A stretch of 64,000 bases of DNA, taken from positions 32,001-96,000 of the IMG/VR virus record IMGVR_UViG_3300030085_004825; one strand, given 5' to 3'. Below the pieces are notes generated by a model. That model was not told the origin of the DNA. It worked only from the letters and a program-made list of their open reading frames with translations, and ran no database searches. This stretch comes from a virus. Shown here one piece after another: positions 37,556 through 48,425 of the stretch. A program made the position numbers and the translations under genes. How positions within the stretch are numbered: position 1 is the stretch's first letter; each line of letters starts with the position of its first letter.

Positions 37556-39985
37556 ATGGCTAAAAATTTATACGGAAGACTAAAAGAATCTAAAATTGAA
37601 GCTCAAGAACTTCAAAGTTTAATTGAAAGGATCAATATTCAAGCTAACAGTATAGATTTTGATCCTGAAGGAAGTTTAAAAAATACAGTTGGTGACCTAA
37701 AAGAAATAAATTCTTTAGCTGATCAATTTTATAGTTACCAAAAAAGTATAGCACTTGGTGGTCAAAAGAATAAAAGTCTTACCGCTGATCAAGTAAAAGA
37801 TTTATCTAAACAAGTTAGTTTAAAAAAAGCAGCTTTAAAAGCTGATCAAAAAGCATTTAATCAAAACCTAAAATCTTTACAAGCCCAAATATCAGCTACA
37901 CAGAAAAAAGGAGTTTTAGAAAAAGCTGAAATGGACAAGCTTAACCAACAGATAAAAACTAAAAACTACCTTGCTAGTAAACAAGAAGAAATAAATAAAA
38001 GTCTTAAAAAAGGGGTTAAAGAAACTGAAAATTTAGAAAAGGAACTTAGAAAAGCAGCAAAACAAGCTACATATTTTGAACGATCAAATAAAGCTTTAGA
38101 AAAAATGAATAAACTCATGGAAGCTATTCCTTTTACTAGTATGCTTAATCCTCTAACAGCCTTTAATACTATAATATCATTTATAGTAAAATCATTTGTA
38201 GAAATAGACACATCCACCGCTGCTGCAGCTAAAAGCTTAAATAGAAGCTACAGAGAAGTAGAGAATATAAGGTTAGGGATGAGAGAAATAGCTATGGATT
38301 CTGGTAACCAATTAGTTAATACTAGAGATATGTTAGAGGTTTTTGTTGCTATAAATGAAGATTTAGGAACAACATTAGATTTTACTAAAGGACTGACTGA
38401 AGAACAACAAAAAGGAGTAGCATTTCTTGGAAAAATGTATAAATTTTCTGGTTTAACTCTTGATGAAGTTAAAGGTTTACAAAAGCTTTCTTTTTTTCAA
38501 CGTAAAGATGTAGAAAAAATGTCTGGTGAACTAATGTCTCAATATAAATTATCCGGATTAAGATATAAAGTAGCTTTAAATGAGAAAAAAGTTTTAAAAG
38601 ACATACAAAATACCTCAGCATTTTTTAAAATTAATATTGAAGGTGGAGCAGTTGGGTTAGCTGATGCATTAGCTGCTACCCAAGCATTAGCTGTATCTTT
38701 AGATCAAGTTAAAAATACTGCAGGGGGACTATTAAGTTTTGAACAATCAATAGAAAAAGAATTATCAGCCGAATTACTTTTAGGTAAAAAAATAAATGGG
38801 GAGTACATGAGAACTCTTGCATTTAATAAGGATTATAAAGCATTAGCTGAAGAAATTAGAAATACTGTTGGTAGTTCTAGAGAAGAATTTGAAAGAAATG
38901 CTATTCAATCTCAAGCTTTAGCTGACTTTTTAGGAATGAGTGTTGAAAGTATGGCTCAAATGGTTTTTGATTCTGAAGCAGCACAAGAAGCTTCAAAAGA
39001 GACTGTTAATATTGAACAACAGAAAGTAAATTTACTTGGAAGTCAAACAGCAATAGCACAAGAACAATTAGAACTACAAAACCAACAAGTAGGTTTACTT
39101 GATACATTTGATGCTATACTCCAAAAATTCATAGACACTCAACTCCCTGGAATATTTGCAGGATTAGAGCTTATGAAAACTGCACTTAGTGATGCTGGGG
39201 GATTTATGGAAAAAATATTAAGTACTTTTGACCTAATAAAAACCGCCATATCAGTAGCTGCAGGTCTTATAGCAGGAAAATTTATATTTCAAATAGCAAA
39301 TGCTATTACTAAAGGGGTTATTCAATATAAACAAAATCAAGCAATAGAACAATCCTTAAATAGACAAAATTTATTAATAGCAGAACAAACTAGATTACAA
39401 GGATTATTATCATTAGAAAAAACTGAAGAAAGCCTTGTTACAGCAGCAACTTTACAGGCAGAAAGAGCAAAAGGAAATACTATATCACAAAATATTATAA
39501 AACAATCAACTTTAACATCTGGAGCAGTAGTTGAAGCAGGAGCAAAATCTACAGCAGCTGTAGCAGGATCAGCTGGTCTTCTATTACCTGTTATATTAGG
39601 TGGTATTGCTGCAGTTGCATCAGCTATGGCTGTTTTTTCAGCAATGGATGATGGTGTTATAGGCCCGGGATATGGCAGTAGAGTACTTTTAACTCCACAA
39701 GGGGGAATAGCATTTAATAATAAAGATACTATTGTAGCAGGTACTAATTTAACTAAAGGAAATGATGTAATATCTTCTCCTGAAGGTTCTATTAGTTTAG
39801 GTGGTGGTAGTGATCCACGTTTACTTGAAGAAATAATGAAAATGAATAGAAACATAGAAAATCTAGCTAGTAGACCTGTAGATATAACAACTAATATTGA
39901 TGGAGAACCTTTAATAAACATAAAAGGTAATTTTCCTAATGAAGATGCTTTAGTTTCTGCTAAAGATAGTTTTAAAATATCATAA
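37556..39985 (+). CDS. Tape measure protein
   Basis: 809 aa, Ala/Leu/Gln-rich helical with hydrophobic stretches; between chaperone and baseplate genes. Confidence 0.85.
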   Translation: MAKNLYGRLKESKIEAQELQSLIERINIQANSIDFDPEGSLKNTVGDLKEINSLADQFYSYQKSIALGGQKNKSLTADQVKDLSKQVSLKKAALKADQKAFNQNLKSLQAQISATQKKGVLEKAEMDKLNQQIKTKNYLASKQEEINKSLKKGVKETENLEKELRKAAKQATYFERSNKALEKMNKLMEAIPFTSMLNPLTAFNTIISFIVKSFVEIDTSTAAAAKSLNRSYREVENIRLGMREIAMDSGNQLVNTRDMLEVFVAINEDLGTTLDFTKGLTEEQQKGVAFLGKMYKFSGLTLDEVKGLQKLSFFQRKDVEKMSGELMSQYKLSGLRYKVALNEKKVLKDIQNTSAFFKINIEGGAVGLADALAATQALAVSLDQVKNTAGGLLSFEQSIEKELSAELLLGKKINGEYMRTLAFNKDYKALAEEIRNTVGSSREEFERNAIQSQALADFLGMSVESMAQMVFDSEAAQEASKETVNIEQQKVNLLGSQTAIAQEQLELQNQQVGLLDTFDAILQKFIDTQLPGIFAGLELMKTALSDAGGFMEKILSTFDLIKTAISVAAGLIAGKFIFQIANAITKGVIQYKQNQAIEQSLNRQNLLIAEQTRLQGLLSLEKTEESLVTAATLQAERAKGNTISQNIIKQSTLTSGAVVEAGAKSTAAVAGSAGLLLPVILGGIAAVASAMAVFSAMDDGVIGPGYGSRVLLTPQGGIAFNNKDTIVAGTNLTKGNDVISSPEGSISLGGGSDPRLLEEIMKMNRNIENLASRPVDITTNIDGEPLINIKGNFPNEDALVSAKDSFKIS

Positions 39986-40021
39986 AATATAATATTTATA
40001 ATAAAATAATAACTAAAAAAC

Positions 40022-40375
40022 ATGGGACTTAAAGAAAAATTAACTACTGATGGGTCAAAATTTACATACCCTGCTGATGGAGCTGTAGCTCAACCTTACA
40101 ATGAAGATTTTACCCCTTCAACTAATGTATTAGCAACCAAAAATTCAGCTTTACATGCTACTAATAATGGTGAAGTAGGATACTCTCTTACAGGAGCTAA
40201 TCCTAGCATGGAAAACCCAGGAGGAGGTAGCTCTACAGTTACTAATGCTTCTGCTGAATATAAAGATGGAAATACTATATCTGATTTACCTAATGCTAGT
40301 ACTTTAGATTTAAATGGTGGATTTGGACCTAATGGTAAATATGAAGATAATGCGCCTGAAGGAGCTAATTTTTAA
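40022..40375 (+). CDS. Small tail/baseplate protein (paralog A)
   Basis: Shares EDFTP...LATK.S.LH...GYS..G...LPN.S.L.L with the next ORF. Confidence 0.7.
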   Translation: MGLKEKLTTDGSKFTYPADGAVAQPYNEDFTPSTNVLATKNSALHATNNGEVGYSLTGANPSMENPGGGSSTVTNASAEYKDGNTISDLPNASTLDLNGGFGPNGKYEDNAPEGANF

Positions 40376-40386
40376 TATAAACTCTA

Positions 40387-40758
40387 ATGGGAGACATTTT
40401 AAATACTTTAATAAGTACAGGCTCTTTATACACTTATAATGCTGTAAATGGTACTCCCCAAGTTTACCCTGAAGATTTTACTCCTCCAATTAGTCCATTA
40501 GCAACTAAAGATTCAACTTTACATTTTAACCCTAATGCTAAAAAAAATAAATTAGGTTATTCTACTATAGGCACAGCAATGAGTAACTATAATACCTTTT
40601 TTCAAGATTGGGTTTCATCTAATAATAACACAGCTTACCTCCCTAACCCTTCAAATTTAGAACTTACAGATCCTGAAGGGTCAGACATTAAAAATAAACC
40701 TAAGTACAATTATATAAAAGGAAATAGATACCAAGACCAAAACTTTAAAATAGACTAA
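40387..40758 (+). CDS. Small tail/baseplate protein (paralog B)
   Basis: Paralog of 40022..40375. Confidence 0.7.
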   Translation: MGDILNTLISTGSLYTYNAVNGTPQVYPEDFTPPISPLATKDSTLHFNPNAKKNKLGYSTIGTAMSNYNTFFQDWVSSNNNTAYLPNPSNLELTDPEGSDIKNKPKYNYIKGNRYQDQNFKID

Positions 40759-42303
40759 ATGGGATTATTTGAAATATTAACAAACCCCCCTGAAGGATTT
40801 ACTTATTATTCTCAAACAGTATTTCCTAATCCTAATGCTGTATCTACACCTGATACATTTGGTCAAAGAAGCATAGATAGTAGTAATAAACCTAAATATA
40901 AAGCCCCTAATAAAGTAGTAAAATTACCAAATGTAATAGGTAACAGTTATTCTAATCCTTTAGATAGAATAAGATATAATTCTAAATCATGGGGCCCTGA
41001 TTTTATAACTCGAGGAAATCAATTTGGTACTGTAAGAACAGCAGATGATATAGAAAGATTTGTTAAATATTTTTTTCCTATTTCTGCTCAACAAAATTCT
41101 GATCTTAGCACTACAATCTCATTAGAAGGATTTCAAAGAGGAGGAATATCAGGTTTATCTTTTATTTTAAAACAAAATTTACTGTCTCAATTATTTGGTG
41201 ATAAAACTATATATACTCCTTTATCTACTTTAACTCAAATTGGTATAAGTTTATCTGGTACATCTGTTAAAAAACAAGGATTTTTAAATAAAAAACTTAA
41301 AAAAGATGATTATGGTATTCAACCTGATTTTAGAAAAAAGATTTTAGGTCCTAACAAAAATGAAAAAACTGATTATCTTAGTGCATCACCTAATTATCAA
41401 GGAAATGGAAATATTGAAAAAAGAATTAATTTTAGAAGTGGAGGGACTAGAGGTAATGTATCTGATTATACCCAAGGAAAAAAGATATTTAAAGGAACTG
41501 AACCTCTTGGTCCATTAGATAAAATAAATGCTTCTCCAATATATGAATCTGAGCAAGCTTCAAATAATCCTATTTTTAAAGATTTATGCGATTTTAGGAT
41601 AGCTATTATTAATAATAATTCTATCCAAGAATCAACTTTAAAAAACTATTATTTACATTTTAGAGCTTATATAGAAAATTTTAGTGATTCTTTTGATGCT
41701 AAATGGAAAGGAATTGATTATATGGGTAGAGCAGAAGAGTTTTACAGGTATAGTGGATTTAAAAGAAAAATTAATTTATCATTTATGTTAGCTGCTTCTT
41801 CTAAAGAAGAATTATTACCTATGTATAAAAAATTAAATTTCCTTGCTTCCTCTTTAGCCCCTAGCTACTCAGAAAATGGCTATATGAGAGGTAATTTATC
41901 TAAAATAACAGTAGGAGATTATTTACATGAACAACCTGGCTTTATAGATAATATTAGTGTAACCATCCCAGATAATTCTCCTTGGGAAGTTAACTTAGGA
42001 TTAGATGGTGAACCCTTATCTGATTTAAGACAATTGCCTCACCATTTAAAAGTTAAAATGAACTTCGTACCAATCCATGAATTTAGGCCTGAAATAATGA
42101 AATTAACTGAGCTAAAAAATCCTACAGATTTTACAGGAGACAACTTAAAAATAAAAGAACCTAGGTATGGTAAACAAAGATTTATATCTTTAAAAAACTC
42201 TACTGATGGCACTAAAGGAAGTTGGGGAACAGAAGACAATTCAGATTTAAATCTTAATAATTTTCAATCCCCTGGTAGTTTTATTAATGATGAATTTGCT
42301 TAA
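40759..42303 (+). CDS. Baseplate/tail tube initiator-like protein (gp48/gp54-like)
   Basis: FRAYI..FSDSF.A.W...YMGRAE.FY.Y.GF.R.I..SF, LNFLAS..AP.Y, TVGDY...PG.I tube-like fold. Confidence 0.65.
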   Translation: MGLFEILTNPPEGFTYYSQTVFPNPNAVSTPDTFGQRSIDSSNKPKYKAPNKVVKLPNVIGNSYSNPLDRIRYNSKSWGPDFITRGNQFGTVRTADDIERFVKYFFPISAQQNSDLSTTISLEGFQRGGISGLSFILKQNLLSQLFGDKTIYTPLSTLTQIGISLSGTSVKKQGFLNKKLKKDDYGIQPDFRKKILGPNKNEKTDYLSASPNYQGNGNIEKRINFRSGGTRGNVSDYTQGKKIFKGTEPLGPLDKINASPIYESEQASNNPIFKDLCDFRIAIINNNSIQESTLKNYYLHFRAYIENFSDSFDAKWKGIDYMGRAEEFYRYSGFKRKINLSFMLAASSKEELLPMYKKLNFLASSLAPSYSENGYMRGNLSKITVGDYLHEQPGFIDNISVTIPDNSPWEVNLGLDGEPLSDLRQLPHHLKVKMNFVPIHEFRPEIMKLTELKNPTDFTGDNLKIKEPRYGKQRFISLKNSTDGTKGSWGTEDNSDLNLNNFQSPGSFINDEFA

Positions 42304-42312
42304 TATAATTTT

Positions 42313-42624
42313 ATGAATAGATACTCTACAGCCAGAATATTACCTGCTACAGATGAAATAAAAAGAAGATATTCTAATATAAAATACCCTTCTATTTTAC
42401 CTTCATCTAATGATATATATGTTCTTACTTCTTTAGGAGATAGGTATGATGTTTTAGCTTTAAATTATTATAGTGATACATCTTTATGGTGGATTATTTC
42501 TAAAGCTAATTCTTCTCAATCTACGGATTCATTATATCCAACAGTAGGTTCTCAAATTCGGATTCCATCACCTAGTAGGATTCCAACTATATTAGCTGAT
42601 TTTAAAAATTTAAATATATACTAA
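42313..42624 (+). CDS. LysM-like baseplate wedge protein (gp53-like)
   Basis: GDRYDVLA..YY.D.SLWWII..AN...G.QIRIP. Confidence 0.8.
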   Translation: MNRYSTARILPATDEIKRRYSNIKYPSILPSSNDIYVLTSLGDRYDVLALNYYSDTSLWWIISKANSSQSTDSLYPTVGSQIRIPSPSRIPTILADFKNLNIY

Positions 42625-42638
42625 ATTTTAAATAAGTT

Positions 42639-45600
42639 ATGCCTAAAAAAATTCTTAAAAAAAATGTAGTAGGAGAAGAACTTCAATCTTACGTCTCTAA
42701 TCAAATTAAAAGAAGACAAAAAACTCATGGTAGTGGAGTACTTTCATCTAGAACAACAGAACAATTAGTTCAATTAAATTCTACTAATTCTTGGGTTAAA
42801 CTTGCATCAGGAGTAGCAGTCACAGATAAAAAACTACAAGATTTAGGTATTTTTGCAGGTACTGGGTTAGAAGCTTTTAGAGGGATGGGTCTCGCTAAAA
42901 ACCATATTTTATTTGGTGGAGTTTCTAATTTAACAAATAATGGTGATAATTACAAATTAAACCAGCAAAATGATTTTATAGGTACTTATGAACCTGAACA
43001 AGATTTTGGGATAGTACCTATGCCTGGAATAAAAGATTTAACAATAAAAGCTTTAAATAGAGGTTCTTTAAAGAAAGCTATTATAAAAATTAAAGCCCAA
43101 AACAGAAATCAGTTAAATATTTTAGATGCACTTTATTTAAGATTAGGTTATACTGTATTATTAGAATGGGGAAATAGTAATTTTTTAACTAATGAAGAAG
43201 GAAGACTAGAAAAAGTACAAGATACTATTTTAGAAAATAAAGAATTATTTTTTAATGAAGGTTGGCAAAACAAAGCCTATGATGATATTTTAAGAAAAGT
43301 TGAAGAATATAGAGTCCAATATCAAGGAAATTATGATGGAATGTTGGGTAAAGTATCTAACTTTGATTGGAAATTTAATAGTGATGGTTCTTATGATATA
43401 ACATTAACTGTATTAAGTTATGGAGATATCATTGAATCTTTAAAAACCAATATAACAGCCCCTTCAAGTACATATACTTTTATTGATCAAAATAGTATAG
43501 CATCACAAGAAGGAACTTCTGTAAATGATAATAGATCAAGTAACATTATCTTTACTTTATTACAAACTTTTAAAATAGTATCTAACTTAGAAAATGGCAA
43601 ATACTTAACCCCTACAGTTACTATAAATAAAAATACTCCTAAAAAAATAGGAGATTTTATAGAACCTGGCCCTGAAACAATCATTACAGGTAAAAAAGAA
43701 TTTTATTATAAAACAATAGCTAGACTTAAAAGAACCCTTAATAGTAAAGAAGTAACAAGTGATGAGCTTAAATATTATAAAATAACTCCTAATTCAAGTG
43801 AATTAGATAAAAGATTTAAAGAATTAGCAACAGCAGATGTTGATGCTTTTAAAACTGTACCTTGGAATACTGTTGAAAAATTAGGAAATAAACTAATAGT
43901 TAGAGAACCTAATGATGGGTGGGCACCTGCACAAGCTATCCCCTATAATGGTGGAAACTTACTTCGTTGGATAGTAAATGCAGGGACTGAAGAAATTGCA
44001 GATAAAGAATTTGAAATAAGAGCTTATGGGTTTGAATTAGAAGAATCAAGCACATTAAAAAATGATATCTGCAACCCCTCAGTACCAAATCATACTCAAA
44101 AGTTTTTTATTCCTGAATTTGAAGATAACTTTAAAGAAACAGTACTTAATAAAAGCAATTTAGGCTCTCCTAACTCATTATTTAAAAAAATTAGAAGAGA
44201 CAATGTAGAATCACTTCTTAAAAATAAAAATACTATTTATGAACTTAATAGAACAGAACCTAACCAACCTAATAACAAAAATAAATTTATCTATGTAGAG
44301 GATGTTAGAGAAGAACCATGTGGGGATTGGAATAGTGATTTATTTGAAAGTTATGATAAGTTTAATGGTGTAGGTAAAGAACTAACATTAGATTTAGAAA
44401 AAGTTAAAGAAAAAATAAGATCATTAACAAAATTTAGGGATGTAAAGGGTAATATAATTGATATAAAGATTAAACTTGATAGAACTATTAGAGTAAGCGG
44501 AGATACAATAATTAAAGACGATAATGTAAAAAATAAAGATATATTTCCTATCCAATTTAATCCAAAACAAAAAGCTGATTTTAGATTAACAGATCCTATA
44601 ATAAATAAAAGAGTAATTGATATAAGAGTTAAATGGAAAAAAAGAGTAACTAATTTTGAATTTTTAAATTGGGAACTCCCTTCTCCTGGGTATATAGGGT
44701 TAAAATCTTATACTGATATTAGTAATTCTAATTATAATGTTAATGATATAGGTAAAATATTTTATCCTGCTAATTTTCCTAATTTAGATAGAGAAGATAT
44801 TGAATATTATTCATTAAAAAGTCTTTTAAGTAAAGAGGAAAAAAAGACTTATATAGCAGTAGATAGTGAAAAATTTAAACAAGGTAAAAGAGATAACTTA
44901 TTAGTAAACGTAAAAAATGATTTTGATGTAATAGAATACCCTCAAGATTTTACAATACAAAAAGATAATTTAGGAGATTTTAATATTATAGATGAAAATA
45001 GATATTTTACTTATCCTATTCAAAACTCTACTTTAACAACTAATTCATCCCCAAGATTAAAGCGCTATAAAAGTGAAACTACAGCTTCTTACCCATCTGA
45101 ATCTAATGATCTTAGAGACCCTAAAGTTAACTACCATTACCAACACCCTTATATAGTCTGGGGCCTATCAGGTTCTACAATTAATATAGATAGTAACGGT
45201 TTTCAAATAGAAAGAGAAAAAGTTATATTTGATGGTTTAGAAAAAGGATATGGAGGAGAATCTAGAGGGGAAAGATTTACAGAGTTACCTATTATAGAAA
45301 AAACACCTTTTGAGTTTACACCAGGTAGGGGACCTGCTTATTCTAGTGCAACTTTTAATGATCCTGCTTTTAAAGATAAATATAACGATGATTTTGAAAC
45401 TTATAAAAGTAACCAAGGAAATATTTTAGATAGTTACCCAAAACCCGAATACGATACAGAAGGTAACATAGTAAAAGATGGATATGAATTTTTTCATAGG
45501 TTTGTAGGAGAAACCCAAGAAAAAGCAAAATCAGATAAAAAGCCCTTTTATTGGGACTTATCATTTGAACAAGAAATAACCACTTTAAGTACTGGAGAAG

Positions 45601-47720
45601 CAGAAAATCCTTTAAAATTTATAGAACCTTTTGATGAAAAAGGAGTAGTAGTATTTAATACTAGTCCTAGAAAATATTATATAAGATTTGGGTTTCTTTT
45701 ACAACTTGTAAGAGATAAAACATTAATAAAAATAGACACTAAAAAATCTGATTATAAAGATAATCCTCCTATATTTGATATATCTTATCAACAAGGAATT
45801 TCTGATATGTTATGTATGCCTAATCAAATGTCTTTTGATTTAAATAAATGCTTTGTAAGAAATGATAGTGTAAAATATTTTAAAGACGATAAAGAGGAAA
45901 ACTACAGTTTATTTTCTGAAACTTACCCTTGGGACCATAAAAACATCTCTAACCCAGATAAATATTTTGAATCAGTAAAAACTAATTTAGAATTATTTGA
46001 CCCTGATATAAATTACACATCACCAGTAGCTAAAGGAAAAGATAAAAATGTAGCTGATACTATGAACATATATTTAGAATTTGATTTTGTAGGGAACTGT
46101 ATGTTATCCTCTACAGATGAAAGAGGAAATATGTCAACATATGATTTTGTTAATAATATATGTATAGGTTTAAATAAAGCCTTAGGGGGTGTAAATAACC
46201 TTGAACCTGTTATAGATGAAATAGATAATATTTTATATGTTATAGATTCCTCACCTAAATATGATTCTAAAAAATTAGATTCCTCTGATAACCAAACCTC
46301 AGATTATATTCTACAAGTATTAGGATACACCTCAGAAAATAATATTTTTGGTGTAGAATCTACTTTTTCACGAAAAATAGATTTAAAAACTGCTATTACT
46401 CCTGAATATGCTACTATGATAGCAGTTGGAGCAACTGCAGCAGGTTATGCTAAAGGTATTGAAGCAACTTCTTTTGCTACATGGAATAAGGGACTTATAG
46501 ATAGATTTAAAGCTAATTTTTTACCCCCTGAAAAACCTAAATCAGGTAGTATTTCTGAAGAAGGAAGTATTGAAACATTTAAAGAAGAAGTTATACAAAC
46601 TTATCAACAAATGATGTCTTTAGATATTAATAACAATAACTATAATAGTTTAGCTATAATACCTAATGGTAATAAAAGAGAATTTGATGTTTCTAAAGCA
46701 AGTGAGAATGTTTCTATAGCTACTGAATATTATAAATTTTTATTTGGTAATAGAGCTGCTAAAGAACCTAATAAATTTGTTGGTGGTGGAACAGGATTTA
46801 TACCTTTTAAACTAAATATAACCCTAGATGGAATTTCAGGTTTTAAAATATATCAAAAATTAAAAGTTGATACTGATTTTTTACCTGATGGGTATGCTGT
46901 AACTACCGAATTTATTATTACTGGAGTAGATCATGTTTTAAGAGATAACGATTGGGAAACTAATTTAAAATTAATTATGCTTCCTAAATTTGAAGATTAT
47001 AAAGAAATTGTAACTTTAGATACTTTTAGATCAACTGCTGTAACATATAATACTGAAACTATTAGTAGCCAACAAAAAAACACAGTTAAAGATGATTCAA
47101 GTTGGGCTGATTTAGTAGTTGAAGCAACAGAATGTGTTTTTAACAATAACCCAGTACCTACAATAGCTTTCTGTGCTAAATATTCTACTATGATTGCTAA
47201 ATCTATAGTAAGTAAAATTAATAATGGTGATTGTAATAATGTAACTGGTGGATGGGGTGATGCTAATAATCCAAATTATAAAGACAAAATAGAATCCACA
47301 GGAAAATATGTATTACAAAATAGTGGTATAATAAAAGGTCCTGATCTTGCAACTAAAATGGTAGATTTCTTTAATAACTCTAATTGGGAATATGGAGATG
47401 TAGTTCAATATTATTTACTCCCAAATCCTAACAGTAGTGATCCAAATGAAGTAAATGGTTATAATAAATATGTAACAGATGTTACACAATGGGAAGCAGG
47501 TAATGGTACTAAAGTAAAAAGAAATGGTAGTGCTGCTTACCATATCCAAGTCTATACAGGAAAATACTCTAAAAATAATAGCGGAACAGGATGGACTACA
47601 GATAAGAAAAATAATTATGGAACTGCATTTGTATATAAATCAAAAACCTATCTTGAAGGAGACGAATACCAAATAAATGTATTCAAAGTAAAAGATAATA
47701 TTGTAAATACTTATAACTAA
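42639..47720 (+). CDS. Large baseplate hub protein with a C-terminal CHAP/NlpC-like hydrolase domain
   Basis: PMPGI, LYLRLGYTVLLEWG, NYDGMLGKVSNF.W, IPFKLNITLDGISG..I, FIITGVDH...W.T; C-terminal CAKY...G.AN...GDVV.Y...HIQVY. Confidence 0.7.
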   Translation: MPKKILKKNVVGEELQSYVSNQIKRRQKTHGSGVLSSRTTEQLVQLNSTNSWVKLASGVAVTDKKLQDLGIFAGTGLEAFRGMGLAKNHILFGGVSNLTNNGDNYKLNQQNDFIGTYEPEQDFGIVPMPGIKDLTIKALNRGSLKKAIIKIKAQNRNQLNILDALYLRLGYTVLLEWGNSNFLTNEEGRLEKVQDTILENKELFFNEGWQNKAYDDILRKVEEYRVQYQGNYDGMLGKVSNFDWKFNSDGSYDITLTVLSYGDIIESLKTNITAPSSTYTFIDQNSIASQEGTSVNDNRSSNIIFTLLQTFKIVSNLENGKYLTPTVTINKNTPKKIGDFIEPGPETIITGKKEFYYKTIARLKRTLNSKEVTSDELKYYKITPNSSELDKRFKELATADVDAFKTVPWNTVEKLGNKLIVREPNDGWAPAQAIPYNGGNLLRWIVNAGTEEIADKEFEIRAYGFELEESSTLKNDICNPSVPNHTQKFFIPEFEDNFKETVLNKSNLGSPNSLFKKIRRDNVESLLKNKNTIYELNRTEPNQPNNKNKFIYVEDVREEPCGDWNSDLFESYDKFNGVGKELTLDLEKVKEKIRSLTKFRDVKGNIIDIKIKLDRTIRVSGDTIIKDDNVKNKDIFPIQFNPKQKADFRLTDPIINKRVIDIRVKWKKRVTNFEFLNWELPSPGYIGLKSYTDISNSNYNVNDIGKIFYPANFPNLDREDIEYYSLKSLLSKEEKKTYIAVDSEKFKQGKRDNLLVNVKNDFDVIEYPQDFTIQKDNLGDFNIIDENRYFTYPIQNSTLTTNSSPRLKRYKSETTASYPSESNDLRDPKVNYHYQHPYIVWGLSGSTINIDSNGFQIEREKVIFDGLEKGYGGESRGERFTELPIIEKTPFEFTPGRGPAYSSATFNDPAFKDKYNDDFETYKSNQGNILDSYPKPEYDTEGNIVKDGYEFFHRFVGETQEKAKSDKKPFYWDLSFEQEITTLSTGEAENPLKFIEPFDEKGVVVFNTSPRKYYIRFGFLLQLVRDKTLIKIDTKKSDYKDNPPIFDISYQQGISDMLCMPNQMSFDLNKCFVRNDSVKYFKDDKEENYSLFSETYPWDHKNISNPDKYFESVKTNLELFDPDINYTSPVAKGKDKNVADTMNIYLEFDFVGNCMLSSTDERGNMSTYDFVNNICIGLNKALGGVNNLEPVIDEIDNILYVIDSSPKYDSKKLDSSDNQTSDYILQVLGYTSENNIFGVESTFSRKIDLKTAITPEYATMIAVGATAAGYAKGIEATSFATWNKGLIDRFKANFLPPEKPKSGSISEEGSIETFKEEVIQTYQQMMSLDINNNNYNSLAIIPNGNKREFDVSKASENVSIATEYYKFLFGNRAAKEPNKFVGGGTGFIPFKLNITLDGISGFKIYQKLKVDTDFLPDGYAVTTEFIITGVDHVLRDNDWETNLKLIMLPKFEDYKEIVTLDTFRSTAVTYNTETISSQQKNTVKDDSSWADLVVEATECVFNNNPVPTIAFCAKYSTMIAKSIVSKINNGDCNNVTGGWGDANNPNYKDKIESTGKYVLQNSGIIKGPDLATKMVDFFNNSNWEYGDVVQYYLLPNPNSSDPNEVNGYNKYVTDVTQWEAGNGTKVKRNGSAAYHIQVYTGKYSKNNSGTGWTTDKKNNYGTAFVYKSKTYLEGDEYQINVFKVKDNIVNTYN

Positions 47721-47724
47721 TAAA

Positions 47725-48402
47725 ATGTATTACCCTAAATCACAAATAAAAACTGGATTTATTACTAATGGTAATGAGTATATTTTATCTACTACTTTAG
47801 AAAATTATAAAGGTTCTTATTTTAAAACCTCAACAGGAAAAGTATTTACTGGTAAAAACCCAAATAAGTCTTCAATTAAATTATTACCTTTTAATTCTAG
47901 ATATAATACCGCAACAGATTCAAATTCTCCTACTTTATCTAATAAAACTAACCCCGAAAAAACAATTGCACCTGTTACAAAACAAGCTGCTATTTTATCT
48001 CCTGAAGATTTTAAAAAATATGCTAAATATGATTCTAACTCTTCTGTATATAGTAATACTGTTGATATTAAAACAAGAGTTATACCCCAATTTAGTCCTA
48101 CCTACCCAACAGAACAAGAAAAAGAAAAAGGTATATTTACTAGATATTTTTGTAAAAAGAATAATGAACGTAAATATATTGAAATATCTAAAGCTTCTCA
48201 TGATAAACTTACAAATAAGGATGATAGTATAGCTTGGGATTTATATACAAGTTTTTCTTTTTCTTGGAAAATAAAAGGAGATAGAAATAAAACTTATATT
48301 AGAAACCAATCCTCAGTTTCTAAAATTGAATCCCAACTAAACTATATAGGATTTTCAAAATACTTTAAAGGTAAATTTTTACAATATTTCTTGGAAGATT
48401 AA
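47725..48402 (+). CDS. Hypothetical baseplate-region protein
   Basis: 225 aa, MYYPKSQI...G.FTRYF.KK.N; last gene of the tail block. Confidence 0.7.
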   Translation: MYYPKSQIKTGFITNGNEYILSTTLENYKGSYFKTSTGKVFTGKNPNKSSIKLLPFNSRYNTATDSNSPTLSNKTNPEKTIAPVTKQAAILSPEDFKKYAKYDSNSSVYSNTVDIKTRVIPQFSPTYPTEQEKEKGIFTRYFCKKNNERKYIEISKASHDKLTNKDDSIAWDLYTSFSFSWKIKGDRNKTYIRNQSSVSKIESQLNYIGFSKYFKGKFLQYFLED

Positions 48403-48421
48403 AGAAACCTTAGTATCTTAA
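48391..48421 (+). promoter_or_regulatory. Bacteroidota sigmaA-type promoter
   Basis: TTGG(48391); TTG-N20-TATCTTAA(48414). Confidence 0.65.
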
Positions 48422-48425
48422 TCTT

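Noticed and set aside
39337-40023. 228-aa minus-strand ORF and the other short minus-strand or nested ORFs in the track
   Set aside because: They lie within or largely overlap well-supported + strand genes, have no recognisable motifs and lack either promoter type.
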